Assembly (NCBI GenBank): GCA_964648345.1
Contig: CAZYLP010000001.1
Location: 1 to 54,841, forward strand
Direction of reading: 5' to 3'
DNA length: 54,841 nt
DNA from: an uncultured Planctomycetota bacterium
GTDB taxonomy: Bacteria; Planctomycetota; J058; JACQDU01
Under the pieces are notes generated by a model. It worked only from the letters and a program-made list of their open reading frames with translations. It made no database searches and was not told the origin of the DNA. Each line of letters opens with the position of its first letter. Position 1 is the first letter of the stretch. The position numbers and the translations under genes were made by a program. Of the stretch, positions 47,612 through 54,841 are shown one piece after another.

Positions 47612-49434
47612 TGGTCGAAGCGCCGGTCCGGCGGCGACTCGCGCTCGAGTCCGCGGTCGTCCTCGGCGCGCTCGCGATCGGCGCCTGGCGCGGGCACGCC
47701 GCGGGAGGCATCACGCTCGAGCTCATCGCGTTCGCCGTGCTCCTCGGAGCCCTCGCGGCGCAGAGGCTCCTGGCCCTCGCCGGCCTCGCACCGCCCGGCC
47801 CACGCTTCGTCTTCGCCCTCGAGCTCGCCGCGCTCGCGGCTCTGGTCGAGACACCGGTCGCGACGTGGGGCGCGGTCGTCGCGTCGATCGCGGTCACCCT
47901 CTCCGCGTGCCCCGCGGTCGTCACGACGGCGCTGCCCGCGGGCCGCGCCGAACGACTCGCGCTCCTCGCCTTCGCGCTCGGGACCGTCGCGGTCGTCATC
48001 CGTGGGTGGGACGCCGCCCACCGGGCGGCGCCCTGGGCGGCCCTCCCGCTCGGCGTGCTCCTCCTCGACGCGATCCTGAACGTACCGCGTCCGCTCGCGG
48101 GCGACCCGTCACGCCAGATGAGCGCGCTCGCGCTCGTCGCGGCCTCCGCGCTCGAGCACCTCCACTGGGGCCCTCCGGCGTTCGAGACCGAGGCGGTGAC
48201 CCTCATCTGCTCGTGGGTCGCGGCGTCCTGGGCCGCGATCGACGCGGTCGCGCGGCGCGGCGCCGGGTCCGGCGACGTGCGTCTGATCGCGACCCGACGG
48301 CGCGTCGCCTTCGCCTCGGTCGCGTGCGGGGCCGCGCTCGCGGTCGTCTGGATCGCCGGCGAGGTCGTGATCCGCCGGCTCCCGGCGAGCCAGGCGATCC
48401 ACGGACCGCCCTCCGTGGACGACGGCGCGACCTTCCACGTCCCGAACGCACGCTACGTCTTCCCGGGCGGCGTGACCCGCGACGCTCCTGAACCGCGCGA
48501 TCTCGTGCGGAACGAGTTCACCTGGAACTCGGAAGGGTTCCACGATCGGGACCACGCGCGCGCGAAGCCGGCCGCGACGGTCCGAGTCGTGTTCCTCGGC
48601 GACTCGTTCGTCGACGGCTACCAGCTCCGGCTCGAGGACCTCGTCCACGAGCAGCTCGCGCGCTCGCTCGAGCGCGTGACCCCCGCTCCCCCAGCCGTGG
48701 AAGCGCTCGCGTTCGCGACCGCGGGCTGGTGCCAGCGGCAGGAGCTCGCCGTCCTCCGCGAGCGCGCGCTCGCGTACTCCCCCGACCTCGTCATCCTCGA
48801 GTTCTTGCCGTCTAACGACGTCTACGAGAACGCGGGCGACCTCGCGACGACCGTCCGCGCGAGCCAGGCGACGCTCGCGCGCTTCCTGAGCGCGACCGCG
48901 CGCCGGCGCGGGCTCTTGTTCGCGGGCCTCGTCGTCGAGCGGATCGACCGCGCCGCGCGCGCCGTCACGGGTTCGGGCGATGCACACGGCCGGACGGACG
49001 AGGTCTGGCGCGAGGGCCTGGTCCCCGACCGCGCCGCCCTGTGGGAGAGCGGCTGGGCCACGACCGAAGCGCTCGTGAGGGAGATCGCCGACGCCGTCGA
49101 GTCGAACGGGGCGCGGCTCGTCGTCGTCGTGTTCGCGAACGAGAGCGAGGTCGCGAGCCGGGTCGACTCCGCGCCCACGAGGCCCGGCTTCGACTTCGGC
49201 GCCCCGTCCCGGCGCATGGCGGGGATCTGCGAACGGCGCCGGGTCCCTTGCCTCGAGCTCTCCGGGCGTCTCGCCCGGCGGGACGCGGGGACACGCGCGC
49301 AGATGTTCCTCCTCGGCGACGGCCACTGGAGCTCCGTCGGCCACCGCTGCGCGGCGGAGGAGATCGCTTCGTTCCTCACCGCCGAGACGAACATCTGGAC
49401 CGAGATCGTCCAGCGCGCGCGCGAGCGGCGCTAG
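47611..49434 (+). CDS. 607-aa membrane protein S2, paralog of S1 (N-terminal membrane module plus SGNH-type domain)
   Basis: Internal ATG of track ORF 46810..49434 (TGATG junction). Motifs VVFLGDSFVDG and FLLGDGHWSSVGH. Confidence 0.75.
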   Translation: MVEAPVRRRLALESAVVLGALAIGAWRGHAAGGITLELIAFAVLLGALAAQRLLALAGLAPPGPRFVFALELAALAALVETPVATWGAVVASIAVTLSACPAVVTTALPAGRAERLALLAFALGTVAVVIRGWDAAHRAAPWAALPLGVLLLDAILNVPRPLAGDPSRQMSALALVAASALEHLHWGPPAFETEAVTLICSWVAASWAAIDAVARRGAGSGDVRLIATRRRVAFASVACGAALAVVWIAGEVVIRRLPASQAIHGPPSVDDGATFHVPNARYVFPGGVTRDAPEPRDLVRNEFTWNSEGFHDRDHARAKPAATVRVVFLGDSFVDGYQLRLEDLVHEQLARSLERVTPAPPAVEALAFATAGWCQRQELAVLRERALAYSPDLVILEFLPSNDVYENAGDLATTVRASQATLARFLSATARRRGLLFAGLVVERIDRAARAVTGSGDAHGRTDEVWREGLVPDRAALWESGWATTEALVREIADAVESNGARLVVVVFANESEVASRVDSAPTRPGFDFGAPSRRMAGICERRRVPCLELSGRLARRDAGTRAQMFLLGDGHWSSVGHRCAAEEIASFLTAETNIWTEIVQRARERR

Positions 49435-49449
49435 ACGGCGCGGTGCGCC

Positions 49450-50385
49450 TCAGACCTTCGCGAGGACGGGCGCGGCGACCGGCCGCCGCCCCCTCACCGC
49501 CGTCGGCCACAGCGGCTGCCGCTCGATCGCCTCGAGTCCGAGCTCCTTGAACCAGCCCTCGATCTCCTCCGGCGTGTGCTTCCACTGATAGCGCGGCGAG
49601 TACCAGTCGAACGTGTCGAGCACGCGCCAGAACGGGTCCTTGTGCATGGGCATGAACAGCCACCAGAGGAGCCGGTCGCGCGCGAGCTCACCGATCCCGG
49701 GGATCAGCCTCACGACCTCGAGGAAGTGGTAGTAGGGGATCGACAGGTTCGAGAGGAAGTGGAGGAGGCTCTGCGGCATGTCCGGCGTCCACCGCCGGTA
49801 GATGTCCGCGTAGTAGGTCCAGATGTCCTTCTGGTAGAGCCAGACCGCGAGCGTCCCGCCGGGCTTCACGTAGGGGAGGATCGCCTTCACCGCCGCGAGC
49901 GTGTCGGGCGTGTGGTGGAGGACGCCGATCGAGTAGACGAGGTCGAAGCTCTCCTTCGCGAAGGGGAGCTTGAAGAGGTCCGCCTGCGCGACGAAGCACT
50001 CGCGCGGGAGGTTCTTCCGCGCCGTCTCGACTGCGAGCGAGAGGTCGATCCCGTAGACCTCCGCGCCCCAGCGGCGCGCCACGTCCGCGAAGCGGCCGGT
50101 GCCGACGCCCACGTCGAGGACCGTCTTCCCGCGGAGGTCCTCGGGGCGGAGGCCCGTCTTCTCGATGAAGGTCTTCTCGGACTCGCGGGAGCCGAGCCGG
50201 TCGAGCTGCGTCTTCTTGTAGCGCCGCCACTCGAAGCCGAAGTTCCCGGCGTAGCCCTCGGACGGCACGAAGCGCGGGATCCCTCGCCGGACCGGCCAGG
50301 CATGGCCGCCCTCGCAGCGATAGACGCGGCCGTCGGCCCCGGCCGCGAGCGCCTTCCGGCACTCGGGGCAGAGGAGCTCAACCAC
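49450..50385 (-). CDS. Zn-ribbon plus class I SAM-dependent methyltransferase, family B copy 2
   Basis: Motifs CPECR..RCEGGH, IPRF, LDVGVGTGRF and YSIGVLHHTP. Paralog of 4091..5350 without the extra tail. Confidence 0.85.
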   Translation of the reverse strand: MVELLCPECRKALAAGADGRVYRCEGGHAWPVRRGIPRFVPSEGYAGNFGFEWRRYKKTQLDRLGSRESEKTFIEKTGLRPEDLRGKTVLDVGVGTGRFADVARRWGAEVYGIDLSLAVETARKNLPRECFVAQADLFKLPFAKESFDLVYSIGVLHHTPDTLAAVKAILPYVKPGGTLAVWLYQKDIWTYYADIYRRWTPDMPQSLLHFLSNLSIPYYHFLEVVRLIPGIGELARDRLLWWLFMPMHKDPFWRVLDTFDWYSPRYQWKHTPEEIEGWFKELGLEAIERQPLWPTAVRGRRPVAAPVLAKV

Positions 50386-51694
50386 GCAGGCGGGCCTTCA
50401 TGATCATCTCGCCGCCCATGATCCACTTCGTCTCGAGGACCTCGAAGCCGGTCTTCTCGAGGTGCTCGCGGAGGCTCTTCGCCGTGAAGTGAGTCACGTG
50501 CTCGTCCGAGTAGCCGCCCGGCATGACGCGCTTGTAGCACCACTCGATGAACGGCCAGACCCACGTCCCGTAGTCGGGCGTCCCGATCACGAGCGTCCCG
50601 CCGGGCCGCAGGACCCGCTTCATCTCCTCGAAGGAGATCTCCTCCATGTGGATGTGCTCGATCACCTCCGAGCAGATCACCTGGTCGAACTGGCGGTCCT
50701 TGAAGGGGAGGCGCTTGAGCACGCCCGCCGTGAGCCGCCGCCCGAGCTGGCGGAGGAAGCGGAGCTTCTTGAAGGCGACCTCGAGGCCGACCGCCTCGGG
50801 GAGCGCCATGATCACCATGCTCGTGCCGCAGCCGATGTCGAGGACGGACGAGCTCTCGCCGAGGAAGCCGAGGATGATCTCGTAGCGCTTCCGCTGCCAG
50901 TACTTCTGGAGCGGGATCCGGCTGTAGAAGGCGCGCTGGTCGTAATCCGCGGAGAAGTAGCTGTAGCGGAGCCACCAGAGGCGCCACGCGAGCTTCAAGT
51001 AGCGGATCCCGAACTTGAGGACGCGCGCGTGGGAGACGCCCGCGGCGCGCGGCCGGTAGTGGAACGGCACCTCGTGCACCGAGAAGCCGAGCGCGTACGC
51101 GATCACGAGGATCTCGGGGAGCGCGTCGAAGTCGCGGCCCCACGTCTTCACCTCGTCGAAGATCCGCCGGCGGTAGAGCCGGAAGCCGCTCGTCATGTCC
51201 TGGACGGGCACGCCGAGGACGCCGCGGAGGAAGCCGTTCAGGACTCGCGAGAGCGAGTCGCGGAACCAGCCCGCCTGCGAGTGGCCGAACCGCGCGTAGC
51301 GGGAGCCCACGATCATGTCGGCCTTGTGCCGCGCCTCGAGCATGGAGAGCGCCGCGCTCGGGTCGTGGGAGCAGTCCGCGTCGAGGGTGAGGATGTACTC
51401 GCCCTTCGCCGCCTCGAAGCCCGCGCGGAGCGCGCCGCCGTAGCCCGGGTCCTTCTGGGCGAGCGCGACGATCGAGAGCTCGCGGCACGCCGCGACCGTG
51501 CCGTCCTCGAGGTTCGGGACGACGATCGTGATGTCGTAGGTGAGGCGCGCCTTCTCGAAGACGCGGCGGAGCTGCGGGATGATCCGCCGGACGTTCTCGG
51601 CCTCGTTCCACGCCGGGATCACGACCGAGACGTCGAGCTTCGCGACTGCCGGCGCCGACTCTGCCTTCTGGACCTCGAGCGCTGTCGTCGTCAC
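50378..51694 (-). CDS. Fusion protein: N-terminal GT2 (polyprenol-phosphate glycosyltransferase-like) plus C-terminal SAM methyltransferase
   Basis: Internal GTG of track ORF 50378..52594, overlapping the upstream TGA (GTGA). GT2 motifs VSVVIPAWNEAENV and LDADCSHDP. Methyltransferase motif VLDIGCGTS. Confidence 0.85.
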   Translation of the reverse strand: MTTTALEVQKAESAPAVAKLDVSVVIPAWNEAENVRRIIPQLRRVFEKARLTYDITIVVPNLEDGTVAACRELSIVALAQKDPGYGGALRAGFEAAKGEYILTLDADCSHDPSAALSMLEARHKADMIVGSRYARFGHSQAGWFRDSLSRVLNGFLRGVLGVPVQDMTSGFRLYRRRIFDEVKTWGRDFDALPEILVIAYALGFSVHEVPFHYRPRAAGVSHARVLKFGIRYLKLAWRLWWLRYSYFSADYDQRAFYSRIPLQKYWQRKRYEIILGFLGESSSVLDIGCGTSMVIMALPEAVGLEVAFKKLRFLRQLGRRLTAGVLKRLPFKDRQFDQVICSEVIEHIHMEEISFEEMKRVLRPGGTLVIGTPDYGTWVWPFIEWCYKRVMPGGYSDEHVTHFTAKSLREHLEKTGFEVLETKWIMGGEMIMKARLRG

Positions 51695-53292
51695 TGGGGG
51701 CGCCTCTCGTAGACGTGCACCGGCCGGCCGACTCCCTCGGCGGTCCAGAGATAGTAGCCTCCGAGGAGCCACCGCATCGCGAGCGGTCCTTCGCAATTCT
51801 CGATCACGCGGGCCGGCCGGTAGCCGGCCCGGGCGAGGTGCGCCTCCCACGTCTCGAGGCCCGGGTTCTCGTACCGCAGGCGCGCGCCGTAGTCCTGGGC
51901 GTCCTTCTTCGGCCGGAAGACCCCCCACTGGACGATGATCTTCTCGAAGACGACCCACCGCGGCTTCTTCTCGGCGAAGACACGCGCGATCGCGGCGATG
52001 TACTCGTCGAAGGTCTCGACGTCCTGGTCGGCCATGTCGACGACGAACACGTCGCACCGCGCGTCGAGCTGCCCCGGCGGGAAGGGGCCGCGGAGGGGGT
52101 AGGCGATCACCCCGATCCGCCCCTCGGTCTGTGCGAGCGCGTCGAGCGCGACCACCTTCGCCGCGAGCCGGAAGCAGGCGACGTTCGCCCACGCGTTCGC
52201 CGTGTTGAAGACGAGGAGGACCGCGATCGTCGCGCGGCGGAGGCGCGGCGCGTCCACCGCGTAGAGCGCGATCAGGAACAGCTCGGCGAGGAGGAGCGAG
52301 GCGGGGAGGTAGTAGCGGCTCTGGAGGATGAAGATCTGGAAGTTCATGACGAGGTAGACGACGAACGTCCAGCCGATCACCAGCGCGGCGGCGAAGACGA
52401 CCGGCCGCTCGGAGCGGACCGCGCGCCAGCGGAGGAGCCACGCGCCGTAGACGCCGAGGCCCCAGAGCGCGACGAGCGCGGCCCCGACCGGCGAGAAGAA
52501 GGCGACGTTGAAGCCGAAGTAGAACTTGAAGTAGCTGAGCGTCCCCACGTCCCACTTGAACGCCGGCCCCTCGACCTTCGTCAGGAGCTCCCACTCCTTA
52601 TTGAACGTCGAGTAGTCCAATAAGCAGAAGGGCGTCGTGATCAGGAAGGGCAGGGGGGCGATGAGCAGGCTCACGGCGAGTGCGCGCGCGAAGCGCGCCG
52701 TCCTGATCTCCTCGAACGTCACGAGCCAGAGGACGGGCAGGGTCCCGAACAGGAAGCAGCCGTTGTATTTCGCGCCCGTCGCCAGCGAACACGCGAGCAC
52801 GGAGAGGTAGAAGTCGCTCTCCTTCTTGCTCTTGATCGTGCGCACGAACTGGAGGACGGCGAGGAGGATCGTGAAGAAGAACGTGCTGTTCACGGTCGCT
52901 ATGTGCGCGTGGTGGATGAACGCGCCGATCGTCCCCGAGAAGAAGTAAGCGAAGGGGAGGCGCTTCTCGAGGACGAGCTCGACCGTGCGCCCCATGCAGA
53001 AGACCGCGAGGAGGAACGACGCGGCGCTCACGCTCCGGCAGAGGTGGCCGAGCGCGGTCCAGCTCTCGACGCCGAGGAGCCGGGCGAGCCCGTAGCACAC
53101 GTCCACCATGAGGCTCGGATACATGAAGTGCTTCGGGTTGAACGAGCGCCGCGCGAGCATCTCGTTCACGACCCACGTGATCTCGTCCGCGGGCCACGTG
53201 TCGGGGAGGCCGTAGGTCTGCCACGCGACCGCCCCCACCGCGAGGAGCACGAAGATCGCGACCTTGAGCCCCCGATCGACCCGCTCGCTCAT
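51691..53292 (-). CDS. GT-C fold membrane glycosyltransferase (GT39/ArnT-PMT-like)
   Basis: 533-aa polytopic ORF with the first-loop acidic motif WPADEITWV. GC is lower than the locus average. Confidence 0.75.
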   Translation of the reverse strand: MSERVDRGLKVAIFVLLAVGAVAWQTYGLPDTWPADEITWVVNEMLARRSFNPKHFMYPSLMVDVCYGLARLLGVESWTALGHLCRSVSAASFLLAVFCMGRTVELVLEKRLPFAYFFSGTIGAFIHHAHIATVNSTFFFTILLAVLQFVRTIKSKKESDFYLSVLACSLATGAKYNGCFLFGTLPVLWLVTFEEIRTARFARALAVSLLIAPLPFLITTPFCLLDYSTFNKEWELLTKVEGPAFKWDVGTLSYFKFYFGFNVAFFSPVGAALVALWGLGVYGAWLLRWRAVRSERPVVFAAALVIGWTFVVYLVMNFQIFILQSRYYLPASLLLAELFLIALYAVDAPRLRRATIAVLLVFNTANAWANVACFRLAAKVVALDALAQTEGRIGVIAYPLRGPFPPGQLDARCDVFVVDMADQDVETFDEYIAAIARVFAEKKPRWVVFEKIIVQWGVFRPKKDAQDYGARLRYENPGLETWEAHLARAGYRPARVIENCEGPLAMRWLLGGYYLWTAEGVGRPVHVYERRPQ

Positions 53293-53296
53293 GACC

Positions 53297-54841
53297 CTAG
53301 GCGAGCGCGGCGACCGGCGCGTCCACGAACTTCTTGAACCAGAGCTCCATCATGAGGAGCGCGAAGAGCACGTTCTGCTGCCCGCCACGCCGCTCGTGCT
53401 CCTCGAGGAGAGCCTCGACGCCCTTCGCATCGAAGATCCCGCGCTCTCTCGCGCGCGCGTCGAGCAGCACCTGGCGGAGGAGCTTCGCGAAGCCGCCCTT
53501 GAACCAGTGGTCGATCGGGACGCCGAAGCCCATCTTCCGCCGCTCGAGGATCGGCCGCGGGAGCCGGGCGCGGAGCGCCTTCTTGAGCGCGACCTTACCG
53601 CGGAGGCCCTGCATCTTGAGCGCGAAGGGGAGGCGCGCGACCTTCTCGACGAGGACGTGGTCGAGGAGCGGCGCCCGCGTCTCGAGGCCGTAGGCCATGG
53701 AGGCCACGTCCACCTTCACGCAGATGTCGTCGGGGAGGTAGGTCGTGAAGTCGGCGTGGGCGCACTTCTCCGTCCACGTCTCGCCGTCCGACGCCTTGAT
53801 CCTTGCGCGGAGCCACTCGCGCGCGTCGTGTCCCCCGAGGGCGCGCGCGAAGCCGTCCGACCAGAGCCTCTCCTTCACGCGCGGAGCGGTCACTTCGAGG
53901 GCAGGGAAGTAACGGTCCCAGATCGGCGCGCCGCGTCGCCAGCGCGCGAAGCCGAGGTGGTCTCCGAGCCGCATGGAGCGGCCGACCCCGAGCATGTTCA
54001 AGACGGGCGCCCACGGGCGGAGGTAGAGCACGTCGCGGATCAGGCGCGGAAGGCGCTCGAGGCCCTCCTCGAGGTTCATGCCGGCGTAGCGCTCGTAACC
54101 GAGGAACACCTCGTCGCCCCCGTCCCCCGAGAGGGCGACGGTCACGCGCGAGCGCGCGAGCTTCGAGACGGCGCTCGTCGGGAGGAGCGACGGGTCGGCG
54201 AAGGGCTCGCCGTAGTGCCACGCGAGCCGCTCGATCCCGTCGAGCGAGTCCGGGCGGAGCGTGAGCTCGGTGTGGTCCGTCTGGACGTGCTGCGCGACGA
54301 GGCGCGCGTAGGCGGACTCGTCGTAGGCCTTCTCCTCGAAGCCGATCGAGAAGGTCTTCACCGCCCCCTGGTCGGCCCGCTTCATGGAGGCGACGACCGC
54401 GGAGGAGTCGACGCCGCCCGAGAGGAACGCGCCGAGCGGCACGTCCGAGATCAGACGGAGGCGCGTCGCCTCGTCGAGGGTCTCGAGGATCTCCTCCTCG
54501 ACCTTCGCCGCCTCGGCCGCGCCCTCGACGTGGCGCTTGGGGGACATCTTGAGCTCCCAGTAGCGGCGGACACGCGGCTCGCCGTCGCGGCCGATCGTGA
54601 GCGTGTGAGCCGGCGGGAGCTTCTCGACCCCCTTGAAGGCGGTGAGCGGAGAGGGGACGTACCCGTACGTCATGTAGAGGTCGAGCGCGCGCGGCTCGGC
54701 CTCTCGCGGCACGGAGGGGTCCTCGAGGATCGACTTGATCTCCGAGCCGAAGCGGAGCGTCTCGTCCGTGCGCCAGAAGTAGAGCGGCTTCTTTCCGACG
54801 CGATCGCGGGCGAGGAAGAGCTCGTCTCTCCGCGCGTCCCA
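53297..54841 (-). CDS. Asparagine synthase (glutamine-hydrolysing) family amidotransferase, copy 2; 5' end lies outside the window
   Basis: The frame stays open beyond the track start 54712 to the window edge (WDARRDELFLARDRVGKKPLYFW..). PP-loop LSGGVDSS is present. Confidence 0.9.
   Translation of the reverse strand, partial: WDARRDELFLARDRVGKKPLYFWRTDETLRFGSEIKSILEDPSVPREAEPRALDLYMTYGYVPSPLTAFKGVEKLPPAHTLTIGRDGEPRVRRYWELKMSPKRHVEGAAEAAKVEEEILETLDEATRLRLISDVPLGAFLSGGVDSSAVVASMKRADQGAVKTFSIGFEEKAYDESAYARLVAQHVQTDHTELTLRPDSLDGIERLAWHYGEPFADPSLLPTSAVSKLARSRVTVALSGDGGDEVFLGYERYAGMNLEEGLERLPRLIRDVLYLRPWAPVLNMLGVGRSMRLGDHLGFARWRRGAPIWDRYFPALEVTAPRVKERLWSDGFARALGGHDAREWLRARIKASDGETWTEKCAHADFTTYLPDDICVKVDVASMAYGLETRAPLLDHVLVEKVARLPFALKMQGLRGKVALKKALRARLPRPILERRKMGFGVPIDHWFKGGFAKLLRQVLLDARARERGIFDAKGVEALLEEHERRGGQQNVLFALLMMELWFKKFVDAPVAALA
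53703..53752. repeat. 50-nt perfect inverted repeat, right arm
   Basis: Exact reverse complement of 1281..1330. Confidence 0.8.

Overview
High-GC bacterial DNA, roughly 70% G+C by hand counts of sample lines, with strong CTC-Leu, CGC-Arg and GAG-Glu codon bias. I cannot assign a taxon from the sequence alone. The window is almost entirely coding: about 40 genes, intergenic gaps mostly 0-90 nt, and 14-15 start/stop overlaps of the ATGA/GTGA/TTGA type. It reads as one very large cell-surface glycan locus, bracketed by two inward-facing paralogous asparagine-synthase-family amidotransferase genes, both cut by the window edges.

Contents I can support:
- One Wzt/Wzm ABC exporter pair.
- 13 intact SAM-methyltransferase domains plus one frameshifted paralog.
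- GT4, GT2 and GT-B glycosyltransferases.
- Four to five polytopic GT-C-like membrane proteins.
- Three SGNH-type proteins.
- Three extended-SDR sugar-nucleotide enzymes.
- A co-directional sugar-activation operon: cytidylyltransferase-PfkB kinase fusion, SIS isomerase, HAD phosphatase, APH-like kinase, split transketolase, Zn-ADH and a methyltransferase.

The most unusual items:
- A module of two ~1017-aa and two ~600-aa membrane proteins that appear to share one N-terminal membrane domain fused to different catalytic domains.
- A protein with an oxygenase-like iron motif upstream of a Rieske motif, fused to a GT2 domain.
- Two opposite-order methyltransferase/GT2 fusions next to a GT-C enzyme.
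- A C-terminal tail shared by two unrelated adjacent enzymes.

I recognised no rRNA, tRNA, CRISPR array, transposase or integrase. Because of the GC content the ORF track is full of long Arg/Pro/Gly-rich shadow ORFs. I called genes only where the product shows enzyme motifs, paralogy or clear membrane character, and I trimmed several track ORFs to internal starts. All functional calls come from motif recognition by eye, not from database searches.
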